Part shown: in pieces, positions 42,233 to 52,345 of the stretch
Numbering within the stretch: the first letter of the stretch is position 1
Layout of the letters: the number at the start of each line of letters is the position of its first letter
NCBI GenBank assembly: GCA_963836185.1
Contig: CAWIIQ010000002.1
Span: 288,001 to 352,000, forward strand
Length of the DNA: 64,000 bases
Direction of reading: 5' to 3'
Source of the DNA: Candidatus Krumholzibacteriia bacterium
GTDB taxonomy: Bacteria > Krumholzibacteriota > Krumholzibacteriia > Krumholzibacteriales > Krumholzibacteriaceae
Translations under genes and position numbers: made by a program
Notes under the pieces: generated by a model
Databases searched by the model: none
What the model saw: the letters and a program-made list of their open reading frames with translations, nothing else
Told to the model about the DNA's origin: nothing

Positions 42233-42572
42233 GACAACAGCTTAGTTTAAAGTAAATCTTCCGGCGCGTCGCGGATCGTACCTTTCGGTCAGGTGCAACG
42301 ATCGTTCCGGCGGCGCCGGCCGGAAGTGATGAAATAACGGATATCCGGCCTGTCCGCTCCCCTGGTCGCTTGATAAAAGAGGCCTCAAGGGGATTTCTAT
42401 ACCTGTACCCGATAGTGGACAGGACAGGTGTATTCTGTCCCCGTAACGGGACATCGCCGAGCCCCATTCGAACCGGCAGTCAGCCGGGCCGACGGCGCTT
42501 TCATCGCCCGGTAATTTATCACATATCCGCGTGCGGATGACAGCCTATTCTGAATGCTTGCCCGGAGGGTAA

Positions 42573-45500
42573 GTGATGACGCCCGGACCGGACAGAAAAG
42601 AGAACCGGAGAGATAAGCTGCGGCGGAGTGCGCTTTCGACGGCGCTGCCTCTCCTTGTCCTCGCTCTTCTGTCTCCGCCCGCCGCCTCCCAGGCCAACGA
42701 TCCTGTATACCTGCTCGAGATCGACCTCCTGAAGATGTCCGATCAGCTCGATGTCCGCTACAGGTGGGCCGAGACAGGAGTGCTGCCCCCTGAATATATA
42801 CTCCTGGGCGACCCCGAAGGTGCCGTATTCATGTACCCCTCCTTTCTCAAACCGGAAAAGGAGTTCAGGAAGAATTACACCGAATACGATCCCGTCTCCG
42901 GCCAGCTCTACAGTTTTCAGGTGCCGGGGTACCAGATGTTTTCAAAGAAAGCGGAACGGTCCGGCCCCTATTTCATCGAGACCGGAAGGCCGATGGATGT
43001 CGAAGGGATGAAGATATCGATCACATCGATCGATCATCAGGCGGACGACCTTTGGAAGGAAGGGCTCCGGGTGGTCTGGGTGGACGATGTCAAGTATGCC
43101 CTTTCGACGAGAAAATCGTCACGCGGCGGCAGGGGCGGGCTGATCGATATCAATATCCCGATCTCGCTTCCGAAACAGCTCGAGGCGATCTTCGGCCGAG
43201 GCGAAGAGACGAGACTGACCGTGTCGGGAAGGGAAAAGATCACTATCGGCGGTACTTCGCGCTGGTGCGCCAACTGCCCCCGTACCGAGGGAATGCCCCA
43301 GCAGCAGAAGTTCCCCGACCTCGAGATGGAGCAGCAGCTCACAGTCAACCTCCACGGGACGATCGGCGAGAAGATCAACGTGGCGATCGACCATTCGAGC
43401 ATGGGTGGGGGAGCGCCGTCGACGAACAGGATCAGGCTGAACTACACCGGGTTCGACGACGAGATCATCAAGCTTATCGAGATGGGCGACACCGACCTGA
43501 CCCTTTCAGGAGCGCAGCTGATCAGTTACTCGGGACAGGCGAAGGGTCTCTTCGGCGTCAAGGGCGTCGCCCAGATCGGCCCGATCGACCTGACGGTCAT
43601 AGCGAGCAAGGAGGAGGGCGAGTCTTCCTCGGGCACCTTCTCGGCAACGGGAGGCCAGAGCAGCGAGATCTCCATAAACGATTACGCGTACATCAAGAGA
43701 CAGTTCTTCTATCTCGAATCGCCCGGCGATGACTACCAGGCCCCCGGGTTCGGAACTATATACCCGGTGATCGGCGGCTACGACAGTCTCGAGGTCTTCG
43801 CGTCCCTTCGGCCGGATCTGGAATGGAACAACTTCAGCCCGAAGTATTACATCAAGGCGTGGACGGATCCGGGAAACACGGGGGACCTGTACCTGGGGGA
43901 GAGTTTCGCGCAGTGGTTCTACCTGCTTGTAGAGGGGAGGGATTACGACCTGATACAGGTCTACGGGGGGGAAAGCACCACGCCTAAATATCTTGGTATA
44001 AGGCTGAGGCAGCCCCTTGGAGAAAACAGGGCGCTCGCTGTAAGGTACAAGATGGACCTGGGCAACGGCGATCATACGGTAGTAGGAGATTATAATTATT
44101 TCCCGCCCCTGCCCGACACACTGGTCGTAGTCCCCGACGAATCGACGTGGATAACAGCCGAGCTCATCTGTCCTCCCGAGGACGATTTCCTGCCTTCGTC
44201 CGTTCCGGGCGCGAAGTACACCTCGACATGGAACATGATGTTCAGAAACGTCTACTCGATCGGCCTGAGCGGACTCGATGACGCAGCCATAAATGTGAAG
44301 ATCAGGGATCGCAGAACGGTCATCGGCACAGCCGAAATAAACGATTTCTCGAACGAGAGCTACCTGAGGATATTCGGCCTCGACCGATACAAGTCGACGG
44401 GGGCATGGGGGGAGGACGGATTTGTCGATAACAGGCAGGGTGTGATCGACTTCAACGATGGATATATCATGTTCCCATCGTATCGTCCGTTCGATATCAC
44501 CGAGTACGAACTGCAGAGGTATTTCAGTGAATCCGAGAACAATATTTCGAGCGATCCTGAACTGATAGCATCGGTGGAGGCCCTCAGCGACACGCTGAGG
44601 AGAAACAGCTCGATATACAATGAGATCCTCGACAAGAACAGCCCGGCCAACGAGTACGAGATAATCATCGAGGCATCGAGCGGAAACCGCGTGTTCAACC
44701 TCGCCGCCTTCGACATACTCGATGGAACGGAAGTCGTCATGGTCGATGGTGTGAGGCTCTCAAGGGGCTCCGACTACGACATCGACTATATCGGCGGTTC
44801 GGTGACCCTCAAGGGTGATTACGCCAACCTGCCTCCCGATGCGAGCGTGAAGATCGATTATCAGCACAAACCTCTTTTCGGCGGGGGTAAAAGCTCGCTG
44901 CTCGGCATCGGAGCCAACCTCTACCTCTCGGAGAACGCGAGGATCAACGCTACATACCTGTATAACTCGGTAGGCGCCCCTAAATACAGGCCCAGGCTCG
45001 GAGAGGAACCGACACGGAACATGGCCGGTGATATCAACGGATCGTTCCAGTTTCAGCCGGGATGGATGACGTCTCTGGCTAACATGCTCCCCATGGTCAA
45101 TACCGACGCGGCAAGCAGCCTGAGCCTGACCGGTGAGATAGCGATGAGCATCCCCAATCCCAATACGAAGGGAGAGGCCTATATAGACGACATGGAGGGG
45201 GTCGAGGACAGCGATCAGATCAACCTCGTCCGCGCCCAGTGGTACGAGGCCAGCCCCCCGATAAGTCCCCTCGATTCAGTGACCGTGCTTCCTCCTCTGC
45301 CGCCGGAGAAGGAATTTTTCTGGTACAACCCGGCCAACACCAACGAGCAGCAGTTTCTGACGACGAGCAAGAAGGATCTCAATCCGAACCTGGACGACCG
45401 GGAGAACTCGAGGCAGACCTCGATGTTTATCAAGGCCTGGGAACCGGATCTCAACCAGTGGTCGGGGATCATGACGGGATTTACAGGCGGGATCGATCTT

Positions 45501-48500
45501 TCTACGTCGCAGTACATCGAGATATGGGTCAACGACTATACGGTGGACCAGGATGACAGGCGGGGAGTGCTGCATATCGATTTCGGAAAGATCGATGAGG
45601 ATTTCCATCAGCCCGAGTTGAACCGGCACGACAACGAGAACGCTATCAACTGGACGAACGAGGCCGACACCGGGTTCGTCGGCGAAAAGTATGAAGATAG
45701 GCCGTTCAACAGGGATTTCAACGAGGACAAGTTCGACGAGGTCATGGGCGTATACATGTGGATCAACTCGAGGTTCGGGAACTCCAGGGCTGACAACGAG
45801 GACATGAACGGGAACGGCCGCCTCGATGAGAGCAACGAGTACTATACCATCGCGCTCGACCTCGCTGACACGGCGATAATCGATGTACAGAGGGATTTCT
45901 CCGGGGTCACCGAATACTGGAATGATCCCGAGAAGGGATCGATCAACAGGCAAAAGAGCTGGAGGATGTACAGGCTCGATATCACCAAGGCGGCGCGGAT
46001 GGGCGACCTGGCTCCCAGGCTCGACAAGATCTCCCATATGAGGATCTGGGTGGAGAACATCGATCAGGTCCAGGCGATCACGCAGACTGACAGGTCCCCC
46101 GATAACATGGTTGAGATCACAGGGGTCAAGTTCGTCGGCAGCAGGTGGGAGTACAACAATGTAAGGGACCTTGCCAATCATGAGGTCCCGATCAATCCCG
46201 ATACCCTGGACCCCGCCCATGAAGGTCAATCTGGGGACGATAAACAACAAGGACAACCCTTCGATCTACACGACGCCATATCCGCCCGATGTCGAGGAAG
46301 GGATACAGAACCGCGAACAATCCCTGCTGTTCGCGGTCGAGAACTTCCATCCGGGCTATTCGTTCAAGTCGATGAAGCGATTCTTCGGGGCAGGGCCTGA
46401 GTTTCATGCAGTACGAGGAGATCCAGTTCTTCATCCGCCCTGACAACGACCTTGTCGGCGGAGTGGCAGAGCAGGACAGTATGGAGTTCTTCCTGCAGAT
46501 CGCATACGACAGCCTCAACTATTATGAGATGGCCATACCCCTCAAGGACGCGCTGGCGAACAAATGGCAGTGGGTCAACATACGGATGAGCGACCTGACG
46601 AACATGAAGATCGACGCGGTGCCCGGCAAGATAACCGAAAAGGAGATCACCGATACGGCCGATCCGTCAATGACATATATGGGGAGGCTCCGGGGCGATC
46701 CCAGCCTGTTCAGGGTGAGATTTCTGTTCGCCGGGATCAGGTATCCTCGCGGAGAAGAAAGGGCGAAGGGTACTCTGTGGTTCAACGACATCGCCCTTGG
46801 ATGGGTGCGCAAGGATATCGATCATGCGGAAAGGGTCGGCTTGTCGGCGAGTTTCGCCAATGTATTGTCATTGAATGCCAGCTACCAGAGGACCGGCCCC
46901 GAGTTCAGGTCGCTGAAGCAGAAGGCAGGAAGCGGCACGACGAGCGACAATTTTCTCATGTCGGGCAAGACCGAGATCAATCACATCATCCCGACACTCG
47001 GGTTCACTATCCCTATCACCGGGAAATACAGCAAGTCGCAGTCGAAGCCGAAGTATCTCTCGCAGAGCGACGTGGAGATTGCCGACGAGGCGGTCCAGGA
47101 ATCGCAGAAGACGATAAGAAACAGTTACTCATACAGTCTCTCAATGAGCAGGCGCGGTTCGAAGAACCTGATAATGAAGCACCTGTTCGACAATCTCAAA
47201 GCGGGCGCCAGTTACTCGAAGTCCAACCTCGCATCGCCGACGGTGCTGGATACGTCGTGGTCATACAGCTGGAACACGAACTACCAGATCCAGTTCAGCA
47301 AGGACCGGAAGCTGAATCTCTTCAAGGGAATCGGTTTCAGGTACTGGCTCACGAGCTTTTCCTACAACGCGGCCGGCTCGAAGGCTCTGAAGAACACATA
47401 TTCGTACAACGGTGAAAGGTATATCAAGAGCCCGACAGGATTCTCGCACAACTGGAACAACGAGATGTCGATGAGCTACGATCCGTTCGAGTCGATCAAG
47501 ATCAACTTCCGGAGGAACGAAAAACGGAACATGATGAATTACCGGGAGTTCTACGGAATTCCCATCGGAAAGCTCTACGACTACAGGGAGAGCTTCGAGT
47601 TTCAGTACCAGCCTCGCGGACAGGTGTGGCTGCTCTCGCAGTTCAACCCGAGATTCGAGTATACATCGCGATACGGAGAGAACCTCAATCCGAGTTTGAG
47701 AGGGCCCGGCGATCCCGAAGACACGAGAAACGTCAGCAGCGAGAGACAGATCAATGTCGTCTTTGATGTCGACATCGGTGGATACGCCATCGATTTCGGT
47801 AAGTTGATCAGGGTGTTCGGTGAAGACGAGACGGCAGTGAGTATGCCAGGATCTTCCGGCGCCACGCTTGACAAGCAGAAGGAGGATTTCAGGAGCAAAT
47901 TCGACGGCAGGGTGAAGTCGGACCAGGGGGAAGGCCTGGGCGAGAGAAAGTCGCTTGTCGATGATGCTCCGCAGCAGGAGCCGCCGCCAGAGGGGCAGGA
48001 AGAAGGTGAACAGGAAGAGAAGAAGGGCGCCTACTCGGATCTGATGGTCCAGAAGCCGCGAGGGGAGATAGCCGGGCTGGGACAACCGAAGACAGACGAG
48101 GAGAAGGCCGCCGAGGCGGATACGATCAAGAAACCGAGGGGGGACTCCTGGAGACTGGTCAAAATGGCCCTGAGGTTTGTCGGCAGGATAGATCCGATAA
48201 AGAGCGCTATCCGTATCGATGACAGGAGCAGCTATCAGCGTCTGTACGAGAGGGCGAGCCTCGCTTACCGTTTCGGTTTCGACCGTGGATCGGGCGTGAT
48301 CGGTTCCTCGTGCACTGAGGAAGAATGTTCGCCTGAGAACGATCCGAACAGAGCTTCGAAGAGGATCAATCTCGATCTCAGGTCGGGCCTCGACCTGACC
48401 AGCAACATCTCGGCCGATATACGCTTCAATATGTCGAGGAACACCGATGAGGCCGATGCCAGGTTGACTGAGTCCGAGAACATGACCTGGCCCGACATAG

Positions 48501-49046
48501 CCGTGAACTGGAAGGGCCTGGAGAACTGGGGGCTGCTCAGAGGACTGGTGAAATCGCAGCAACTTCACTATCAACTATATAAGGAAGACGACGAAGAGTA
48601 TCGCGGTCGACAGGCAGGAATTACGCGTTGAGTCCCAACTGGAGCCTTACCTGGAAGAACACGCTCTCGACGAACCTGTCGTTCTCATTCAGCAAGCAGA
48701 CGAAGATCGAAAAGAACCAGGAGATCTGGGACCAGACATGGTCGGGTAATCTCGAGCTGCGCTACGACATCAAGGGATCGAAAGGGCATATCGATACCCG
48801 GACTCGGCAGCAGGCTGTCGTTCGAAAGTAACTTTGACCACGGTACTTAACCTCGGTTACAGTTCGACGGAGAGCCATAATCTGCCTGCGTCGACTGTCT
48901 TGACGGTCTCTCCCCGTTTCACATATACTTTCAGCCGGAATATTTCGGGAAGCCTGACGCTCAACTACAGGAGGGTGGCAGGCGGCAGGTACGGGTACAT
49001 CAACCACGAGGTCGGGCTTCATGCATCCGCGGAATTCAAATTCTAG
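42573..49046 (+). CDS. sprA: SprA/Sov-like giant outer-membrane beta-barrel (type IX secretion translocon), ~2150 aa, split by frameshifts near 46215, 46395, 48555-48625 and 48785-48835
   Basis: SprA N-terminal signatures (QLTVNLHGTIGEKI, IRLNYTG.DDEIIK.IE.G, GLFGVK..QIG), EIAMSIPNPNTKGEAYIDDMEG, YIEIW, LHIDFGKIDED, long amphipathic strands, terminal AEFKF. Confidence 0.85.
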
Positions 49047-49050
49047 TACA

Positions 49051-49956
49051 TTGCGGAGGCTCGTCTCATCGGCGCCCTTCCTGACCGCAGTAGTCCTCAC
49101 CGCTTTTACAAGCTGCGGTTCCGGCAGCGTGCCGGAGTTCGACAGCGAGTCAGCGTTCACTTTTCTCGAGGAGCAGGTCGATATCGGATTTCGCTACCCG
49201 GGCTCTCCCGAGCATACGCGGCTGCAGAGGTACCTGACAGACAAGCTGCGGGATTTCGGCGCTGATGTCTCCCTTCAGCCGTTCGACGCTGTGCTGACGA
49301 CCGGAGATACGCTGCACCTGATCAACATCATCGGTAATTACAACAAGGGGGCATCGAAGCGGATCATGCTCGCCGCCCATTACGATACCAGGCCGTTCGC
49401 CGACCGGGATCCCGATCCCGCGAATCGCGACAAGCCGATCCACGGAGCTAACGATGGAGCGAGCGGAGTCGCCGTCCTGCTCGAGATAGCGAGGCTTCTC
49501 GGAAACCACGAACCGCCCGTCGGAGTAGACATCGTCCTTTTCGATGGAGAGGATTACGGCAGGGAAGGTTCGCCGGCCGACTATTGTCTCGGTTCGGGCC
49601 ACTTTGCCAGGAGGCTGAGGGGGTACAAACCGTCGGCTGCGATCGTGATCGACATGATCGGAGACAGTGATCTGGAGATTCCAATGGAGGGGTACTCGAG
49701 GGCCGCTTCGCCCGCCCTCCTCGGTGAGCTGTTCGATATCGCAGATCAGCTTGGTTACGAGCAGTTCAGCAGGAAAAAGCTCGGCGCCATAATAGACGAC
49801 CATCTGCCCCTGATACAGGCTGGCGTCAACGCTGTCGACCTGATCGATTTCGAATATGAATACTGGCACACCCTCGAGGACACTCCCGACAAGTGTTCGC
49901 CCGGATCGCTTGAAGCTGTCGGGAATGTGCTTCTGCACTACATCTGGCGGCAGTAA
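49051..49956 (+). CDS. M28-family lipoprotein, glutaminyl-peptide cyclotransferase-like (TTG start)
   Basis: Lipobox FTS-C-G; AHYDTR, GANDGASG, FDGEDYG, DMIGD, DDHLP, YWHT..D. Confidence 0.85.
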   Translation: MRRLVSSAPFLTAVVLTAFTSCGSGSVPEFDSESAFTFLEEQVDIGFRYPGSPEHTRLQRYLTDKLRDFGADVSLQPFDAVLTTGDTLHLINIIGNYNKGASKRIMLAAHYDTRPFADRDPDPANRDKPIHGANDGASGVAVLLEIARLLGNHEPPVGVDIVLFDGEDYGREGSPADYCLGSGHFARRLRGYKPSAAIVIDMIGDSDLEIPMEGYSRAASPALLGELFDIADQLGYEQFSRKKLGAIIDDHLPLIQAGVNAVDLIDFEYEYWHTLEDTPDKCSPGSLEAVGNVLLHYIWRQ

Positions 49957-50036
49957 ACAGGGCTTCGGCCGGCGGTTTCCATTAAAAAGTGCTTGATTTA
50001 TCGGTCCCGGTGGGATACTTATTATAGCGACGTATG

Positions 50037-50068
50037 AATGGGGCGGTGGCGCCCCGTTTTCTTTTATA
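50037..50068 (+). promoter_or_regulatory. rimP-leader-like terminator/attenuator hairpin
   Basis: AATGGGGCG-GTGG-CGCCCCGTT followed by TTCTTTTA, ~40 nt before rimP. Confidence 0.65.
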
Positions 50069-50108
50069 TCCGGCGTTTCGGCGTTCGGAGGTGTTGGGGT
50101 GGCTGTCT

Positions 50109-50618
50109 ATGAATCCGGAGCAGGGACTCTCTTCCGTAGTAGAGAAAGAAGTCGGCCTTCTCGGCTTCGAGCTGATCAAGCTCGATGTGATCTCGAGGGG
50201 CCGCAAGAAGGTCCTGCGGTTGTTCATAGACAATCCCGAGGGGAGCGTGTCGGTCGCCGACTGTGTGAAGACGTCGAAGGCGGTCGGGTTCGTGCTCGAG
50301 GGCGAGGATCTGATCCAGGGGGCATTCAACCTGGAAGTCTCGTCTCCAGGCATCAACAGGCCGCTCGTCAAGCCAGCGCACTTCGAAAGATTCACCGGGC
50401 ACGGCGCCAGGGTGGAGTACACCGCGGGCGCGGGTGAGAAGAAAACGGTCATAGGAGAGATCGCGAGGGTCGGAGACGGCTCTGTAGTGATCCTCTCGGA
50501 AGGCGATGAGACGGCCGTCAGGTTCGACCGGATGATCAAGGCGAACCTCCATGGAGAGAAATGGGATATTGGCTCAAAGAAGGAGCGCGACAGCAAGCGC
50601 GCCGGGAAAAGCCGCTAG
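50109..50618 (+). CDS. rimP: ribosome maturation factor RimP
   Basis: LRLFID..VSVADC..LEVSSPGINRPL. Confidence 0.93.
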   Translation: MNPEQGLSSVVEKEVGLLGFELIKLDVISRGRKKVLRLFIDNPEGSVSVADCVKTSKAVGFVLEGEDLIQGAFNLEVSSPGINRPLVKPAHFERFTGHGARVEYTAGAGEKKTVIGEIARVGDGSVVILSEGDETAVRFDRMIKANLHGEKWDIGSKKERDSKRAGKSR

Positions 50619-50629
50619 AGGAAAAGATT

Positions 50630-50658
50630 TTGACACTTCAGCGTGCGTACACTAGAAT
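50630..50658 (+). promoter_or_regulatory. sigma70 promoter of nusA-infB
   Basis: TTGACA-N17-TAGAAT. Confidence 0.7.
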
Positions 50659-50688
50659 GTCTTGCACGGTTTGAAGGGAGCGTCGAGG

Positions 50689-52318
50689 ATGAACGCAGGA
50701 TTTCTGGAAGCATTTGCCCAGATAATAAGGGTCAAGAGAGTCGACAAGACCACTCTCATCGACACTATCAAGACAAGTCTCATATCGGCTGCCAAAAGGA
50801 AGTTCGGGCAGGAGGCGGAGATCGAGGTCGAGCTCGACGACGCCAAGGGCATTCTGGAGGTATACCGGATATTCAAGGTCGTCAAGAAGGTGGAGGAACC
50901 CGATACCGAGATCGACCTGAAGGAAGCCCGCGAGATGGATGACGAGGCCGTGGTCGGGTCCGAGATCAAGCTTATGCTTCCCCTCGAGGAGTTCGGACGT
51001 AACGCCGTCCAGACGGCCAAGCAGGTCCTGATGCAGAAGGTCCGGGAGGCTGAGAGAGACAGGGTCTTCGAGGACTACAAGGACAAGATCGGGGTCATCG
51101 CCTCGGGCACGGTCCGCCAGGTCGATCGCGGAAACATCCTCGTCAATCTCGGCAGGGCGGAGGCCTATCTGCCCAACCGCGAGCAGATCCGCAAGGAACG
51201 CTACAACCAGGGCGACACGATCAGGGCAGTCATCATCGAGGTCGACAAGGAGGCCAAGGGTCCCCTGATCATCCTTTCGAGGACAAGCAACCAGTTCCTC
51301 CAGAAGCTGTTCGAGCAGGAGGTGCCCGAGATATTCGATGGTGACGTAGAGATAAAGAGCATCGCCCGTGAGCCGGGAGGACGTTCGAAGATCGCCGTCC
51401 ATTCGAGAAGCGAGAAGGTCGACGCCGTCGGTTCTTGTGTCGGAATGAAAGGATCGCGCGTGCAGGCCGTAGTAAACGAGCTTCACGGCGAGAAGATAGA
51501 TATCGTCAGCTGGAACGAGAGCTCGAACGAGTTCGTCTCCAGGGCGCTCGCGCCGGCGAAGGTGTCGGCGTTGAGGTTCAACGAGGCCGAGGATGATGTC
51601 CTCGCCATAGTCGAGGAGGACCAGCTCTCTCTTGCCATCGGCAAGGAGGGACAGAACGTCCGTCTCGCCTCGAAGCTCACCGGCTGGAAGATAAACCTGG
51701 CGACAGTCAGGAGCGTCGAACGCAGGGACAGGCTCGAACAGAAGCTTCAGATGGATATCGCCGATATGGTCGGTGTGACGCAGACGATCGCGTCGAAGCT
51801 CAGGGGCATCGGCATCCTGACCGTCCAGAAACTCTACAAGACTACGCTCGAGGAGCTGCTCGAAGTCGATGGCGTCGGCCCGAAGACGGCGGAGAAGCTC
51901 AAGGAGAGCGCGATAGAGACGATGGAAGAGCTGAACAAGGCGCTCGAGGAACTTCTCGAGAAGGAAAAGGCCGAAGAGGCCGTTACCGAGGAGCTCTTCG
52001 ACGAGACAGCACTCGCTCCCGAAGTCGTCAAAGAGGTCGAGGAAGTCAAGCTCACCGAGGAGGAGCTGTTCGGCGAACCTGTCCGGTTCCGATGAAGAAG
52101 ATGAGAATGAGCAGGACGAAGAGGATGTCGAGGAGGCCGGTGAAGAGGTAGCAGCAGAAGAGGACGAGGCAGAGGAAGCGGAAGAAGAAGAGGAAGATGA
52201 AGAGGAAGATGCCTCCGAAGAGAAAGAAGAGACAGGGGACGGGGAAGAGTCTCCTTCGGAAGATATAGAGACAGAGGAGCCGGGCGGCGAGGATACCGGT
52301 CCCGGCAAAAAGGAATAA
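50689..52318 (+). CDS. nusA: transcription factor NusA with HhH region and long acidic tail (frameshift near 52078)
   Basis: FGRNAVQTAKQ, EVPEI, AREPG.RSK, CVGMKGSR, SLAIGKEGQNVRLA. Confidence 0.96.
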
Positions 52319-52345
52319 CAGGTGCTCGAAGGGAGTTGAGGTCCT

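Noticed and set aside
42280-42330. SRP (4.5S) RNA
   Set aside because: TCAGGT is present but the GGAAGGAAGCAGC domain IV signature is not
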